DNA from: Felis catus
Lineage: Eukaryota
Assembly (NCBI RefSeq): GCF_018350175.1
Contig: NC_058368.1
Span: 177,012,001-177,076,000, forward strand
Length of the DNA stretch: 64,000 nucleotides
Reading direction: 5' to 3'
A program made the position numbers and the translations under genes. Positions 12,877 to 26,087 of the stretch are shown piece by piece; position 1 is the first letter of the stretch, and every line of letters starts with the position of its first letter. The notes under the pieces are model-generated. The model was not told the DNA's origin, did not search any database, and saw nothing but the letters and a program-made list of their open reading frames with translations.

Positions 12877-12929
12877 AAAGTGACGCACTTTCTAGAAATT
12901 AAATACATGTATTTAAAAAGAAACTTTCA

Positions 12930-13156
12930 GGGGCGCCTGGGTGGCTCAGTCAATTAAGCGTCCGACTTCGGCTCAGGTCATGATCTCACAGTTCGTGACT
13001 TCGAGCTCCACATCGGGCTCTGGGCTGACAGCTCAGAGCCTGGAGCCTGTTTTGGATTCTGTGTCTCCCTCTCTCCCTGCTCTTCCCCTGCTCATGCTCT
13101 GTCTCTCTCTCCTTCAAAAATAAATAAAAACATTTTTAAAAAATTAAAAAAAAAAT
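12930..13156 (+). mobile_element. Can-SINE
   Basis: TSD aaaaagaaactttca. Confidence 0.95.
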
Positions 13157-13414
13157 AAAAAGAAACTTTCATCTTACTACCCTACATGGGAAACTAGGAC
13201 CCACTTGTCATAAACAGAAATAAAAGAAAAGAAACCAATTGTGTTGAATTCTAACCCTATCCCTTTGCCTGCCAAAGCCTCAGCCTGGGTACTGCACTCC
13301 CTGTTAAAAGGAAGTTGTCACAATGGGCCTCTTGAGCACATTAGTACTGACTTCCCACTCCTAAGGTGGCCCCCAGAGTAGCCCCATGGACTCTGGTCTA
13401 CACTGGGGTTTGGG

Positions 13415-13416
<2 letters not shown>

Positions 13417-13456
<40 letters not shown>
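13417..13456. repeat. (GT)20 microsatellite
   Basis: Read directly. Confidence 0.95.
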
Positions 13457-13458
<2 letters not shown>

Positions 13459-13640
13459 TTGTCCTGTACATTGTAGAATGTTCAGCAATGTCCCTGCCTC
13501 TACCCAGTGGATTCTAATAGAACCTCCCACCTCCCACCTCCCGGCTCAGTTTGACAACCAAAATGTCTCCAGATATTGCCAAATGTCCCGTGGTGCGGGG
13601 GTGGGAGGCAAAATCGCCCCCACCTTGAGAGCTACAGGTC
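13457..13640. mobile_element. MER20 hAT fossil
   Basis: tgtcctgtacattgtagaatgttcagca...gacaaccaaaatgtctccagatattgccaaatgtccc. Confidence 0.8.
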
Positions 13641-14943
13641 TTTGCCATTCAGTCTTTTGCTGTTGGGGTGGAAGGGTATCTACCATGCCAGACGGGCCAC
13701 GAGCCAGGGCCCCTCACCTGCATGTGAAGCCTTGGAGAAAATTGCAGACTGATGACCTCAGGCCGGATTGGGCCTGCGGATGCTTTTGTTTGGCATGCGA
13801 GATGCTTTTAGAAATTTGCTGCTAGCATTTTGTCAGACCATTCTGGAGATGTGGTTGTATAGGCTACCTTTCTGCGTGGTGGCGATTGCCTGGGGCCCCC
13901 ACAGACAGGGATGTGCTCTCCGATTAGCCTCAGACCTCACTGCTCCCTGACGCATTCCCGATACTGAGGTCTGTTTGTCATTGGGGGGTACTGCTGTCAC
14001 TTCAAGTAGAATTGAGAGGAAATGTTTCTCATCTCGCATCTCTGTCAAAACTGAGGAAAGTAAGGACAAACAAGAAGATTGTGTTCCTAGAAAAATGTTG
14101 AGAGCATATGTATATCTTTTTATATATGCAGCCTCGTTTGCCCCTGAAGTCACCAGACCTGGTGAGCTCTGAAGTCAGGCCTTCTGGCCTAGGGAGTCCA
14201 AAAATAGGCTTGTGGGGGATCTGTGAACTTCCTGAACACGTATGCCAACTTTGTGTGTGTGTGTGTGTGTGTGTGTGTGGTACCCAGAAGGAATGACTAG
14301 GGGCTTTTCAGAGAGTGACTTCTTGTCTGAAAGTAAACATTCTGCAGAGAGGAAGTACAGGTCCCAGGGTCACAGAGCAGGGTGTGGGTGGGAGGGGCCC
14401 ACTGTCCACACATGTTCATATGACCACATTTCATCGGCCAAGGTTTCTGTGGCTTGTCGCCTTGGGCTAGGAGGCCAGCTGTTGGTTGCTGACAGAGATT
14501 GCATATCTGGCCTTAAACAAGCCAGAGCTATAAAGAGAAGGTGATGTTAGAAAGTACTTAGCAGCTCTGTGTACGTCTAGAAAGTCGCTGGGTGTGGCAG
14601 GAGTGCTGGGCTGGTATCAGGAGACCTGAGATCTCCCCTGATCCGAGACCAACTTGCTGTGTGACCGTAGCCAAGCACTGTCCCCTTATCTGTGCCTCTG
14701 CCCCCCGGCCCACAGTGCCAGGGGCTTGGAAGGGTTGCTCCCAAGGAGGTCTTTTCACGTACGTCAGCTCATTTTGTCCTGACCCGTGGTTCCCTGAAAT
14801 CTTGAATTCTGCATTCGCGGGCATCAGTGTTGTGGGCCAGGACCCCTTTCCACGGGCTCTAGGGTCCTGGCCCCCCTGGAGCAGCCTGGCATTCACTAAC
14901 CTCTTCTTTCCCTCTGGGTGGGGTCTGTGCGGCACCCACTTGT

Positions 14944-14945
<2 letters not shown>

Positions 14946-14994
<49 letters not shown>
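14946..14994. repeat. (CA)n microsatellite
   Basis: Read directly. Other (TG/CA)n tracts at ~14252-14279, 26050-26085, 38488-38525 and 47864-47888. Confidence 0.95.
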
Positions 14995-14997
<3 letters not shown>

Positions 14998-17900
14998 GTA
15001 GTACCTGAAAGTCTCTGCACAGGCTTCTCAGTCCTTTGAGGCAGATGTGTTATTACTTTCTTGCCATTCCCCTTGTACAGCTAGAGTGCCCTGAAACTTG
15101 GGGAGGGAAAGCAGCGGGGGGAGGCTTGTAGCTTCTTGGAGTAGAGGATGAATCAGGCAGGGGGGACGAGAAGGAAGAGTCAGCAAAATACCTGCCCTTT
15201 GCTGGGCTCTTTCATGATTATCTCGCCGGATTGTCCCAAATCCATGGGATACAGATGCTGTTACCTCCATTTTACAGATGGGAAGACAGGGTCAGAGAGA
15301 GAGAGAGAGCGAGAGACTTGTCTTGACTCAGCCAGTTTCCAGCCCAGATCAGTTGGGCTTCAAAACAGTGCCCCTCCTGGTGCCAGCCCTGGGTACCACT
15401 GGGAACAGTTCAAAGGATACAGTGTGTGACCCCCCCTGCTGTCCACCCGAGGAGCCCCTTGTCCAACAGAACATGTTTGGCAGTGTCTGGTGGGAAAGGG
15501 CCTGTGGCCAGGCTTCTACCTCAGGCACAGTAGACCCCCCTGGTGTTGCTGGGGTCCCCTGGCTGGGAGCAGGTGGGGTCATGCAGACGTGGATGGACAG
15601 GCTGGAGTAACCTGGGGCCACCTGGAATCTTGCTGTTGGGATGGCCAGGCTGGGCTCTGTGTATCACAGTCTCAGGAGCAAGGGTGACTCTGTAGTCTGG
15701 GGATTTGCCCACCACATTCTCAAGCACGTCCACGTGGGTTTTGTTTGCTCTGTGACCCTGTCGGGCAGCTGTTGTCCCCTCCTAGGTCCTCCTCACAGTC
15801 CTTCAGCCCACCAGGCATGGGCCTTGGAGTCACCCAGACCTGGGCTGCAGTCCGCCCCCTGTGCTGCCGTGTGACCCTAGACGTATCTCTTCATGCTTCG
15901 GAGACTCAGTTTCCTCATCTGGACGTTGACGGTGATGACACTGACTTCACAGCCCTTTGTCCGGGGTCAGAAACCCATCATGTCCCAGCTGGCGGATAGT
16001 AGGAGCTCAGTGTCAGGCACTTAGCTAACGGGTCTAGGTGGGCAGATAGATGTGTCAACCAGGCCCACAGGCTGCATCGAGGTCAGGCCTTTTCAGTTTT
16101 TTGAAATAGCGTGAACCTTCATAAATTGACATCTTTCACACAAGAATCCAGGCACCTGGCTTGGCTTGAAGGATCAGCAGCTCCGGCCACACGGGCCCGT
16201 ATTTCTGCATGGCCCTGTGAGCTGGCTGAGTATAGCTGCCCCATAGTTGGGCACCTGCCCTCCTGCCTGCCGCTGCCCCTGCCCAGGCAGCATTTATGCT
16301 CTGCCGGGCCCCGAGGGGACAAATGATTCCGGTCCTCGGTGGGGAGTGGGGAAACGGGCATATGGGGGGCTGTGGGGCTCTCTTCTGTGTGGATTGCTGC
16401 CTTCCTGGTGGTGTCCCTACTGGGTTCTGTCAGAGCGCTTCCGGCTTGCATTGTCACTGAGGGGACCTTTAACCCCTACAGCTGTCACACGGTCTGTGAG
16501 TCCCTGTCATGGTCACTCCTGTCTGTGTCTGCTGTTCCACATCCACAGCCTCACGTGTTGGGACCGAGACCTCCCTGGAGCAGACGGGGCGGCCACACTT
16601 CATTCATGTATTCATTCATTCATTCATTCATTCACTCATTCATTCATTCACTCACTGGCTTGTGGCTTCCTCCCTCCCTTCCTTCACCAACAGATGTTCA
16701 CAGAGCACCAGCTGTGTGCTGGGCACTGTTTCTGGTGAGGGCACGGACACAAAGCCCTGCCTTCAGGGAAACTCCACTCTGGGGGTGGCTTGGGGAGGGG
16801 ACAATAGATAAAATGAGCATGGACCACGCATCGGGTGTCAGGTGATGGTGTGTGCTGTGAACAGATGGGCGCTTGGACTTGCCTGGGACACCCAGTGTTT
16901 TTCCCCAGCTCCCTGCTGCTCTGGAATAACTGCTCCTTCACCCTCTCGCGGGGCACGCGCTGGTGGGGCGCACGCTCCCCAAGTGCATACAGCTGGTGTC
17001 ACGGACAGTTAGTGCACTTGCCGAACGCGCCCTCGGCCTTCCTCACGTCACCCTGTTTGATCACTACCTGGGAGGCAGGTCCTACAGTTCCCCCCACTTG
17101 ACAGATGAGCAAACCAGGCTCGGAGCTCTGGACGTGCCCCCGGGGTTGTTCTGTTAGTGTCAGAGCCCGAACTAGAACCCAGCTGTGTGTGACTCCAGTC
17201 CTGAAATCCCGTGTTCACCTTAGTTTACGTAGGAGTATTGGTTCCTTGGAGGCTTGTGTCCCTCAAGCAACGAGTCAGGGAAGGCCAGCGGTTGTCTTAG
17301 GTAGTAAGACCTGAATGCCCACCCTGCACCACTTTCCTGGCTCTGCCTGTTGTACTTCATCCCCCCCCTCCACCGCCCCGACCCCTTTGTTTCAAATCAT
17401 GCTTGTCCCTTAAGGACCATCTCAGATGCCACAGTGTTTAACAAATTTAGTTGAAAATGGGGTCTCCTACCAGGCAGGCGTTTCCTATGACCCTACTCAC
17501 TCCATGTCTCATGGATTTGGGAGGCCAACTCCTGACCCCTCCCTTCTAGTCACTTCCCCCAGGGCAGGGCTATGGCCCTGCCTTGTTCCTCTCTATCTGC
17601 AGGAACCCTGGTCACAGCTGGCTTTAGGGAATGGTGGCTGGGCCGACAGATGGTCAGAGGGATCAGAAATGTCTTTGCAGACACACTAGAGCCTGTGTCT
17701 CTCCCCAGGGGCTGGAGGTCCAGTTTGCACCTGCCCAGGAGCCTGGTTCCAACCCTGAACTTGGCCTTTCCTGAGTGGTGTGTGAGGAGGGCGGTGGTGA
17801 TGTTGGTGGCCATCATAATGATGACAGTGGCTCTTGTTTGTCACGTTCTGGCTAGGTGCCAGGCACTGTTTGTTAATTTTACACCTCTGATCTCATTTAA

Positions 17901-20273
17901 TCTCCCAAGATTGCTTCAGGGCAGGAATGTGTTGCCTCATTTTGCAGATGTGCAAATGGAGGCTCCGAGAATGAAGGCCTGTAGTCCTCCCGTAGCGGCC
18001 TGTGGACTCAGGCTCGGGGACTCTGGTCCTGAAGCCAACGCTGCTGACCTCCGGGCCAGATGGTGCCAGGAGTTAGGAATTCCCGGATTTGAATCCCCTC
18101 CATAGCACCCCACAGCTGTGCGCACTTGGGCCAGCACATGAGGATGTGGAACCACCTCTGTCTCCTCATCTGGTGATCCCACCCTAGCGATTGTGGCAGA
18201 GGGGCCATAGAATGTGCTAGACAGGCTTGGAAGCTCGCCAGTCTTCACTCCTCCCCTTTGCCTTGGCAGAATTGCACCTCTACCCCCAGGAACCCCAAGG
18301 TCATCCCCTGTGCTCTAGTTCACATGGGCTCAAGGGGAGCCCGAATTCCTTCCCTTGGCTTTCTGTGAATGTGGCGGGTGGGGCTGGGGGCGGAGGAAGG
18401 AGGCACTGCGTTCCAGGGAGGCCTTGTGGGTGTGGGCTGCCCCACTCAATGGCCACATTGTTTGGCCCAGAGCTCAGAGGTGCTGAGGTTCTGGGGCTCC
18501 ACCTACAGGGACAGGCGGCCCAGAAGCTGGAGGAGACATTTTTGTGTTGACTGTTTTGTTTTCTCGTGGCTGCCCCACGGACCTCTTTCCACAGGCCTCT
18601 GTTGAGTAACCATCTGTGCTGATGGGGTGTCCCCCTGCCCAGGGCACGGTGCCTCTCAGAGCAGGGAGGCCTGGATGACTGTAGTACCTATCTCCACTTC
18701 CCTGGGACGAAACAGCCCAGAGGGACAAAGGGCTTGCTTGAGGCTATAGGCCTCAGCTCTGTCTTAGAGTCAGACAGACCTGGGTTTGTGTCCTGGTTCT
18801 GTCCCTTATGTGCCGAGTGGCTTTGGGGAAGCCCTTTCCCCACCAAACCTCAGTTTCCCCGTCTGTGTACTAGGGATAAGTATTACTGCTCCCAGTAGAG
18901 GAGTGCTTAGTACAGTGCCTGTATGCATTAGGTGCTCACTAATGGCAGCCCTCATCTCTACTGTCTTGGGTGGCCGGATGGCGGGGGTAGGGCTGGCTTC
19001 TGTCTGGCTTTCTTTGCAGAATCTGGCTGTCAGCAGCGTTAGTCACCCTTTGGCTGTTCTGCCTGATCTTTGGGCATCTTAACGCCACTGAAACATTTCA
19101 CTGATATGTATTCATTCATTGACGGATCCCTTGATACATGATCTGTGTATACAACCTAGCACGTGATTCATCTATGATCACGTGCTAGGTTCAGGCTCTG
19201 CTAATGGATGATATGAATGGACTTTTATAAGTACAAACTACTATTTATTTAATGACAAAGTGACTTTAGTCACTCCCCTTGAACTCTGAAAGGTCAGTGT
19301 TGCACATAACCTTATGGCTATTAGAAGCTTCATTTTCCAGATGTGGCAGCTGAGGATCAGAGCAGGAAAGGGGTTATGATAGCTCCACGAAGGACAGTGG
19401 CAGATCGGGGACTGTGTCCAGACCTCCCGGCTGGACAGATATATGGCTTCGTTAATTTTAGTCCCAGGAATGTTGCCAGGAATGTTGCCAATGTTTATTT
19501 ATTGACTGCCTTTTGCGTACTCGGTGCCCCTGTTGGCTACAGGGGAGGCCAGAGAGGTGAGGGGACCCAGGCCCAGAGCAGAGTGTTGACGTCTCCTCTC
19601 TGGCTTGAGCGTGCCTCAGTTGTCTCTCTGGGACTGCCAGGCTGTGGCAGTACGGGCCAGATCCTGCTGGTTGGCCCTGCTGCCTGTGGGCTGTAAAAGT
19701 TAATTTCTAAACCCTGTGGGTGGTCCATGCTTGCTCTTATTGGGGCCGGGACATCCTAGCTCCCTTATCTCTGGGTGAGCAAGCTAACTTGGTATGTGTG
19801 AGCTGACCGGTGGGGCCCAGGGAGAGCTGAGCAAGGAGAGAGAGGGGGCCTTTCTCCGACCCACCCAGAGGCTGTGACTCAACGCTTTTTGCTGCTTCCC
19901 CCTTGAGGCCTGAGGAAGGAGGGGTGGGGTGGGGTCACCAGCTCTCTTCCACCAGGGAGATGAACAGAGCCGATTGTCACCCAGATAGGGTCCCAGTTCA
20001 GGTCCTGGCTGTGCCACTACTTACTTCATACATTCACGGTCTTGAGAGATGTGCTGTGTGTCCTCCTTGGCTGGGGAGGGACCAGCTGTGTCATCACAGA
20101 TGCTTCCACGCACCCAACCGTCCCTTTCCTGCATGGATTGTGATGGCCTCTTGTGCAGCCTCCCTCTCTTTCTCTGTGAATGGAATTAAGCCCAACCAGA
20201 AATCTTCTGTGGGTTTTTTTCTTATTCTGGTTTTAGTTTGCTTTTATCAAAAAAGAAAAGAAAAAAAACCTTG

Positions 20274-20507
20274 GGGGCGCCTGGGTGGCTCAGTGGGTTA
20301 AGTGTCTGACTTCAGCTCAGGTCATGATCTCACAGTTCGTGAGTTCAAGCCCTGCGTGGGGCTCTGTGACGATAGCTTGGGGCCTGGAGCCTGCTTTGGA
20401 GTCTGTGTCTCCTTTGCTCTCTGCCTCTGCCCCGCTCGTGCCCTGTCTGTCTCTCTCTCTCAAAAGTAAATAAACATTTAAAATATTTAAAAAGAAAAAA
20501 AAAAAAA
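20274..20507 (+). mobile_element. Can-SINE
   Basis: Full-length; TSD aaaaaaacc(c)tt. Confidence 0.93.
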
Positions 20508-21679
20508 CCCTTAATCACAGACTAATCTTTCCGAGCCTCAGTTTCCCCATATGTAAAACGGGAATAAAATATCACTAACTGCTAATAACAATTGGTAACA
20601 TTTATTGAGCATTTACTTACTGTGTGCTAGATAATGTTTTAAGTGCCCGGCATACATTATCTTATTTAATCCTCACAATAAGCCCCACGAGGTATAGGTA
20701 TTTTTTAGGATGCCTACCTCGATTAGTGAGTGGAAGATAATCTGTGCAAAGGACTCGGCATAGGGCCTGGCACAGAGTAAGCTCTTGATTCCAATTAAAT
20801 GTCATGGATGGGGAAACTGAGGCTTGACGCCAGGTCACAGACCTGGCAACCACTCACCTCTCGAGGAGGTTGAGGGCACGGAGTGAGACGTAGGTAAAAC
20901 AGCTGTGTTCGTGGGGGTTTCTTTGTGTGTGTTACTTAGAAAGGCGGAAATCACCTTGGTATTGATGTTTAGCCCCGAAAGGTGGATCTGGTAGAGAGGA
21001 GACATTTTTAATTCTGGCCGTATCAGTCTTATGGACTATTGAGTCGATCCTTTGCACCGCTCCAAAGAAGGTTGTACGGTAGCCATTCCCAGGCCGGAAA
21101 AGGGAGACGTTACTTCTTTAATTGAGCTGTGCAGGTGCGGGGCTGGGTACACGACCGCCCCGACACCCTGCCAGGTGGGCTCATCACCCACCCAGACACG
21201 TAGATTGGTTTTCTGAATGAAACTCCAGGTGCACGAGGACTGTTTCTCACTGCTGTAATCCCAGGGGCTAAAATAGTATAGGTACAGGGTAGGTGCCTGA
21301 GAAATCCGTGGATGAATGAATCAACGAATGAATGAGTGACTGGAGAGGTGACCTGGCCTGCCAAGATCACGTAACAAGGCCGTGACCCCTGTGCCGTGCT
21401 GTGACAGCTGCTTAATCTAAACTGATGGGGAGGTAAACACAGGTTTCCAGTTTCCTTTGGCCTGCAGCCAGAGAAGAAGCCGGCAGCTATGGGCTGTCCC
21501 CCATCCGGCACCCCCAGCTGTGTGTATGGGCTGGCGTCTCCAGGGAAACAAAGCTCCAGAGTGCTGAGGAGGGAGACCAGTCGCGGTGAGGGCACTCTGA
21601 CGAGAGGGCCTGGAAAAAGCAGGCGCCTCCCTTAGCAGAATGTGCGACTTGTGTCCAGGCTCAGGCAGCCCCGCCTTCT

Positions 21680-21891
21680 TTTTTTTTTTTTTTTTAATTA
21701 CTTTTGAGACAGAGGGAGACAGAGCATGAAGCGGGGAGGGTCAGAGAGAGAGGGAGTCACAGAATCTGAGACAGGCTCCAGGCTCCGAGCTGTCAGCGCA
21801 GAGCCTGACGCGGGGCTCGAACTCATGGACTGTGAGATCATGACCTGAGCCGAAGTCGGATGCTTAACCGACTGAGCCACCCAGGCGCCCC
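21680..21891 (-). mobile_element. Can-SINE
   Basis: TSD ccccgccttctt. Confidence 0.95.
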
Positions 21892-22056
21892 AACCCCGCC
21901 TTCTTAATGCAGGGCAGCTGCTGCGAGCAGCCCGGCTCCCATGGCCAGGGTTCAGATCCCACCTCTGCCAGCTGTGGGTTCGAGGGTAGGGCGGGAGGGG
22001 AATGCCCACCTTACAGGTTGAGGTGAAACCTTAAAATAAAGGTACTCAGGTACCAA

Positions 22057-22266
22057 GGAGCTGCCTGGGGGGGCTCAGTCAACTGAGCATCTGACTTCGG
22101 CTCGGGTCATGATCTCGCGGTTTGTGAGTTTGAGCCCCTCGTCAGACTGGCTGCCGTCAGTGCAGAGCCCGCTTCGGATCCTCTGTCTCCCCGTCTCTTC
22201 CCCTCCCCTGCTTGTGTTCTCTCTCTCAAAAATAAATAAACGTTAAAAAAAAAAAAAAAAAAAAGA
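22057..22266 (+). mobile_element. Can-SINE
   Basis: TSD aaag(g/a)ta(c/t)tcaggtacca. Confidence 0.92.
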
Positions 22267-22479
22267 AAGATATTCAGGTACCAGTAGGGAAGATGTCTGA
22301 TGCGTTGTAGGCCCTCCCCACTGGTTGGGGAAGTTGAGCCCAGGGAATGGAATAGGAGCTCTTTAGTCAAGCACCTGGGTCATGTCCTGGCCTCACCTCT
22401 TATTAGTTGGGGACCTTGACAAGTTACTGACTCTCTCTATGCTTCAGTTTTCTCATCTGGAATCGGGGATGACGGACAA

Positions 22480-22680
22480 GCGCCTGAGCACCAAATCTGG
22501 CCTGTCCCCCGTGTTCGTAGATGAAGGTTTGTGGGCACAGAGCTGTGCCCATTTGTTCAGGTACCATCTCTGGCTGCTTTCTGGCTATAAGAGTGATTTG
22601 CATGCGACAGACACCTTATGGCTGCAGACCTGAAAGCATTTACTATCTGGCCCTTCGCAGAACAAGTTTGGCAGCCCTTG
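22480..22680. mobile_element. MER58A-like hAT fossil inserted in a MIR
   Basis: ccaaatctggcctg...catttactatctggcccttcgcagaacaagtttggcagccc; MIR halves on either side. Confidence 0.7.
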
Positions 22681-22769
22681 ATCTATAGAATGAGGATTAA
22701 ATGAGAGACTGTGAATAAAGGGCCAGAGAGGGCCTGGGACGGGGCTTGGCACACGGTGTCAACAGCCTT

Positions 22770-25700
22770 CTGATCCGGAGAGCGCTGGGTCGCATTTTGA
22801 GAGCCGTGCAGTGTATTGCTCCGGGAGCCCGCCCTCCCCTGCTCCGTACCCCGCCCCTCCAGTGCTCCCTCCCCCTAGTCCCTTGTAACCACCAATCTCT
22901 GTTTCTATGGATTTGCCTGCTCTGGATGTTTTACGTAAATGGAATCCTATCATACGTGGCCTTTTGCCATCTGACTTCTTTTACTCGGTATGAAGTTTTC
23001 AAGGTGCATCCACACTGCAGGATGGTGTCAGTGCCTCATTCCTTTTCATGACCTTCCACCGGATAAAGCTAATGCCACATTTTGTTTCTGCATTCATTAG
23101 CTGATAGACATTTATTTCCGCTTTTTGCCTATTGTGAATCATGCTTCTGTGAACATTTGTGTACAAGCTTTGGTGTGGATTTGTGTGTTTTTTTTTTTTT
23201 AATTTTTTTTTTTAACGTTTTATTTATTTTTAAAACAGGGAGAGACAGAGCATGAACAGGGGAGGGTCAGAATGAGGGAGACACAGAATCTGAAACAGGC
23301 TCCAGGCTCTGAGCTGTCAGCACAGAGCCCGACGCGGGGCTCAAACTCACAGACCGTGAGATCATGACCTGAGCCGAAGTCAGCCGCTTAACCGACTGAG
23401 CCACCCAGGCGCCCCATGTGTGTGTGTTTTTTTTAATTGGGGCAAAACACGCATAAACAACATCAGCCATTTTAATCGTTTTTAAGTGCACAGGCCATTG
23501 GCATCAAGTACTTCCTCAGTGTTGTGCAACCGTCACCACCATCATGTCCAGAAATTTTTCATCTTCCCGAACTGAAACTGGGTCCCGTTAAGCACTAACT
23601 TCCCGTTCTCCTCCCCCCACCACCCACTGACAATCCTCTTAATACTTTCTGTTTCTATGAATTTGACTAGTAGAGGTACCTCATGTAAGAGAGCTCATAT
23701 TTGTGCTATTGCGGCTGGCATTTCACTTAGCATATTGTCTTTGAGGTTCACCCGTGCCGTAACTTGTGTTAGACTTTGCTTTTTTGGAATTTTTATAATT
23801 TTATTTTATTTATTTTATTTTATTATTTTTATATATATTTTTTAACGTTTATTTATTTTTGAGACAGAGAGAGACAGAGCATGAACGGGGGAGGGTCAGA
23901 GAGAGGGAGACACAGAATCTGAAACAGGCTCCAGGCTCTGAGCTGTCAGCACAGAGCCCGACGCGGGGCTCGAACTCACGGACCGCGAGATCATGACCTG
24001 AGCCGAAGTCGGTGGCTTAACCGACTGAGCCACCCAGGCGCCCCTATGATTTTATTTTTAACATCTATTTGTTTTGGGGAGAGATTGCACAAGCAGGGGA
24101 GGGGCAGGGAGAGAGGGAGACAGAGCAGCCGAAATGAGCTCTGCGCTGACAGCAGAGAGCCTGATGCGGGGCTTAAACTTGTGAACTGTGAGATCGTGAC
24201 CGGAGCTGAAGTTGGACACTTAACCGACTGAGTCTCCCCAGCGCCTTGAGTGAATTTTTTTTAAGTCTATTTATTTGTTTTGAGAGAGATCAACAGAGCA
24301 CAAGCTGGGGAGGGGTGGAGAGAGAGAATCCCAAGCAGGCTCTGTGCTTGAACTCACAAACGGTGAGTTTTATATACCACATATGTAAGAGTTTATTTCT
24401 GGGCTGCCTTTCCACTGATGTATATGTCAGCCTTTCTTCAGTACCAAAGTGTTTTGATTACTCTAGCTTTGTAGCAAGTTTTTTTTTAAATTATTATTTA
24501 TTATTTATTTTTGAGAGAGACAGAGTGTGAGCAGGGGAGGGGCAGGGAGAGAGGGAGACACAGAATCCGTAGCAGCTCCAGGCTCTGAGCTGTCAGCACA
24601 GAGCCCGACGCGGGGCTCGAACTCATGAACCGCGAGATCATGACTTGAGCTGAAGTCGGAAGCCCAACCGACTGAGCCACCCAGGCACCCCTGTAGCAAG
24701 TTTTAAATTAAGAAGTGTGAGATTTCTAACTTTCTTCTTTTTTAAGAACGATTGTCTTGGCTATTTGGGGTCCTTTGATATTCCATATGAATTTCACAAT
24801 GGATTTTTTAATTTTTGTAAAAGATGCCATCAGGATTTGATAGGGACTCTGTAGATGGGGTAACATTGACATCTTAACAATATGGAGTCTTTCCACCCAC
24901 GAACATGGGATGTCTTTCTATTTACTTGTCCGTCTTTAACTTCTTTTAGCAATGTTTTATACTTTTCAGGGTACACATATTTTGCCTTCTTGGGTTTTTT
25001 TTTTTTCTTCCTAGCTATTCCTGAGTTATTTTCTTCTTTTTGATGCTATTGTAAATGGAATTGTTTTCTTAATTTCCTTTTGGATTATTCATTGTCAGAA
25101 TATAGAATCTCAACTGATTTTTGTGTGTTGCTTTATGTCCTGCAACTTTGCTAAAAATTGTTTATTGGTTGTAACAGTTTTCTGGGTGTTTATAATCTTT
25201 AGGGCTTTCTACATGTTGGGTCATGTCGTTTGCAGAGATAATTTTACCCCTCCTTTGCAATGTGCTGGCCTCTTATTTTTCTTACTTAATTATGCTGGCT
25301 AGGACTTCCAGTATTGTGTCGAATAGGAGTGAAGGAAGTGGGCATCCTTGTCTTGTTCCTAATCCTAGACAAGAAGCTTTCAGTCTTTCACTTCGAGTAT
25401 AAAGCCCACTATGGGTTTTCATATATGGCCTTTGATATGTTGAGGTGGTTTTATCCTATTCCTAGTTTGTTGGTGGTTTTCCTGGGAAAGAGTGTTGAAT
25501 TTTGTTAGATTGCATCAATTCAAGTGATGGTGTTTTTTCCCTCCTTCATTCCATTAATGTGGTCAGTTCCATTGACTGATCTTTGTATGTTAAACCATCC
25601 TTGCTTCCAGAAGTAAATCCCACTGGGTCGTGGTGTATAATCCTCTTAATATGTTGCTGAATTTGATTTGCTAGTATTTTGTTGAGGATTTTTGCATCAG

Positions 25701-26047
25701 TATTCATCAGGGATATTGATCTGTAGTTTTATTTTCTTGCAGTGTTTGCCTGGCTTTGATATTAGGGTCATGCTGACCTCATAGGATGAGTTAGGTAGTG
25801 TCCGTTAAGATTTTCCATTTTTTCATGATTCAATCTAGGTAGGTTGTCTGCTTCCAGGAATTTGTCTAGGTTTTCCAGTTTGTTGGCATATACGTGTTCA
25901 TGGTACTCTCTTACGATCTTTTTTATTTCTGTAAAATCAGTAGTAATGTCTCCACTCTGATTTCTCATATTAGTAATTTGAGTCCTCTTTTTTTTCTTAG
26001 TCAATCTGGCTAATGGACATATGTTTTTAATCAGTGGACATGTGGTG

Positions 26048-26087
<40 letters not shown>

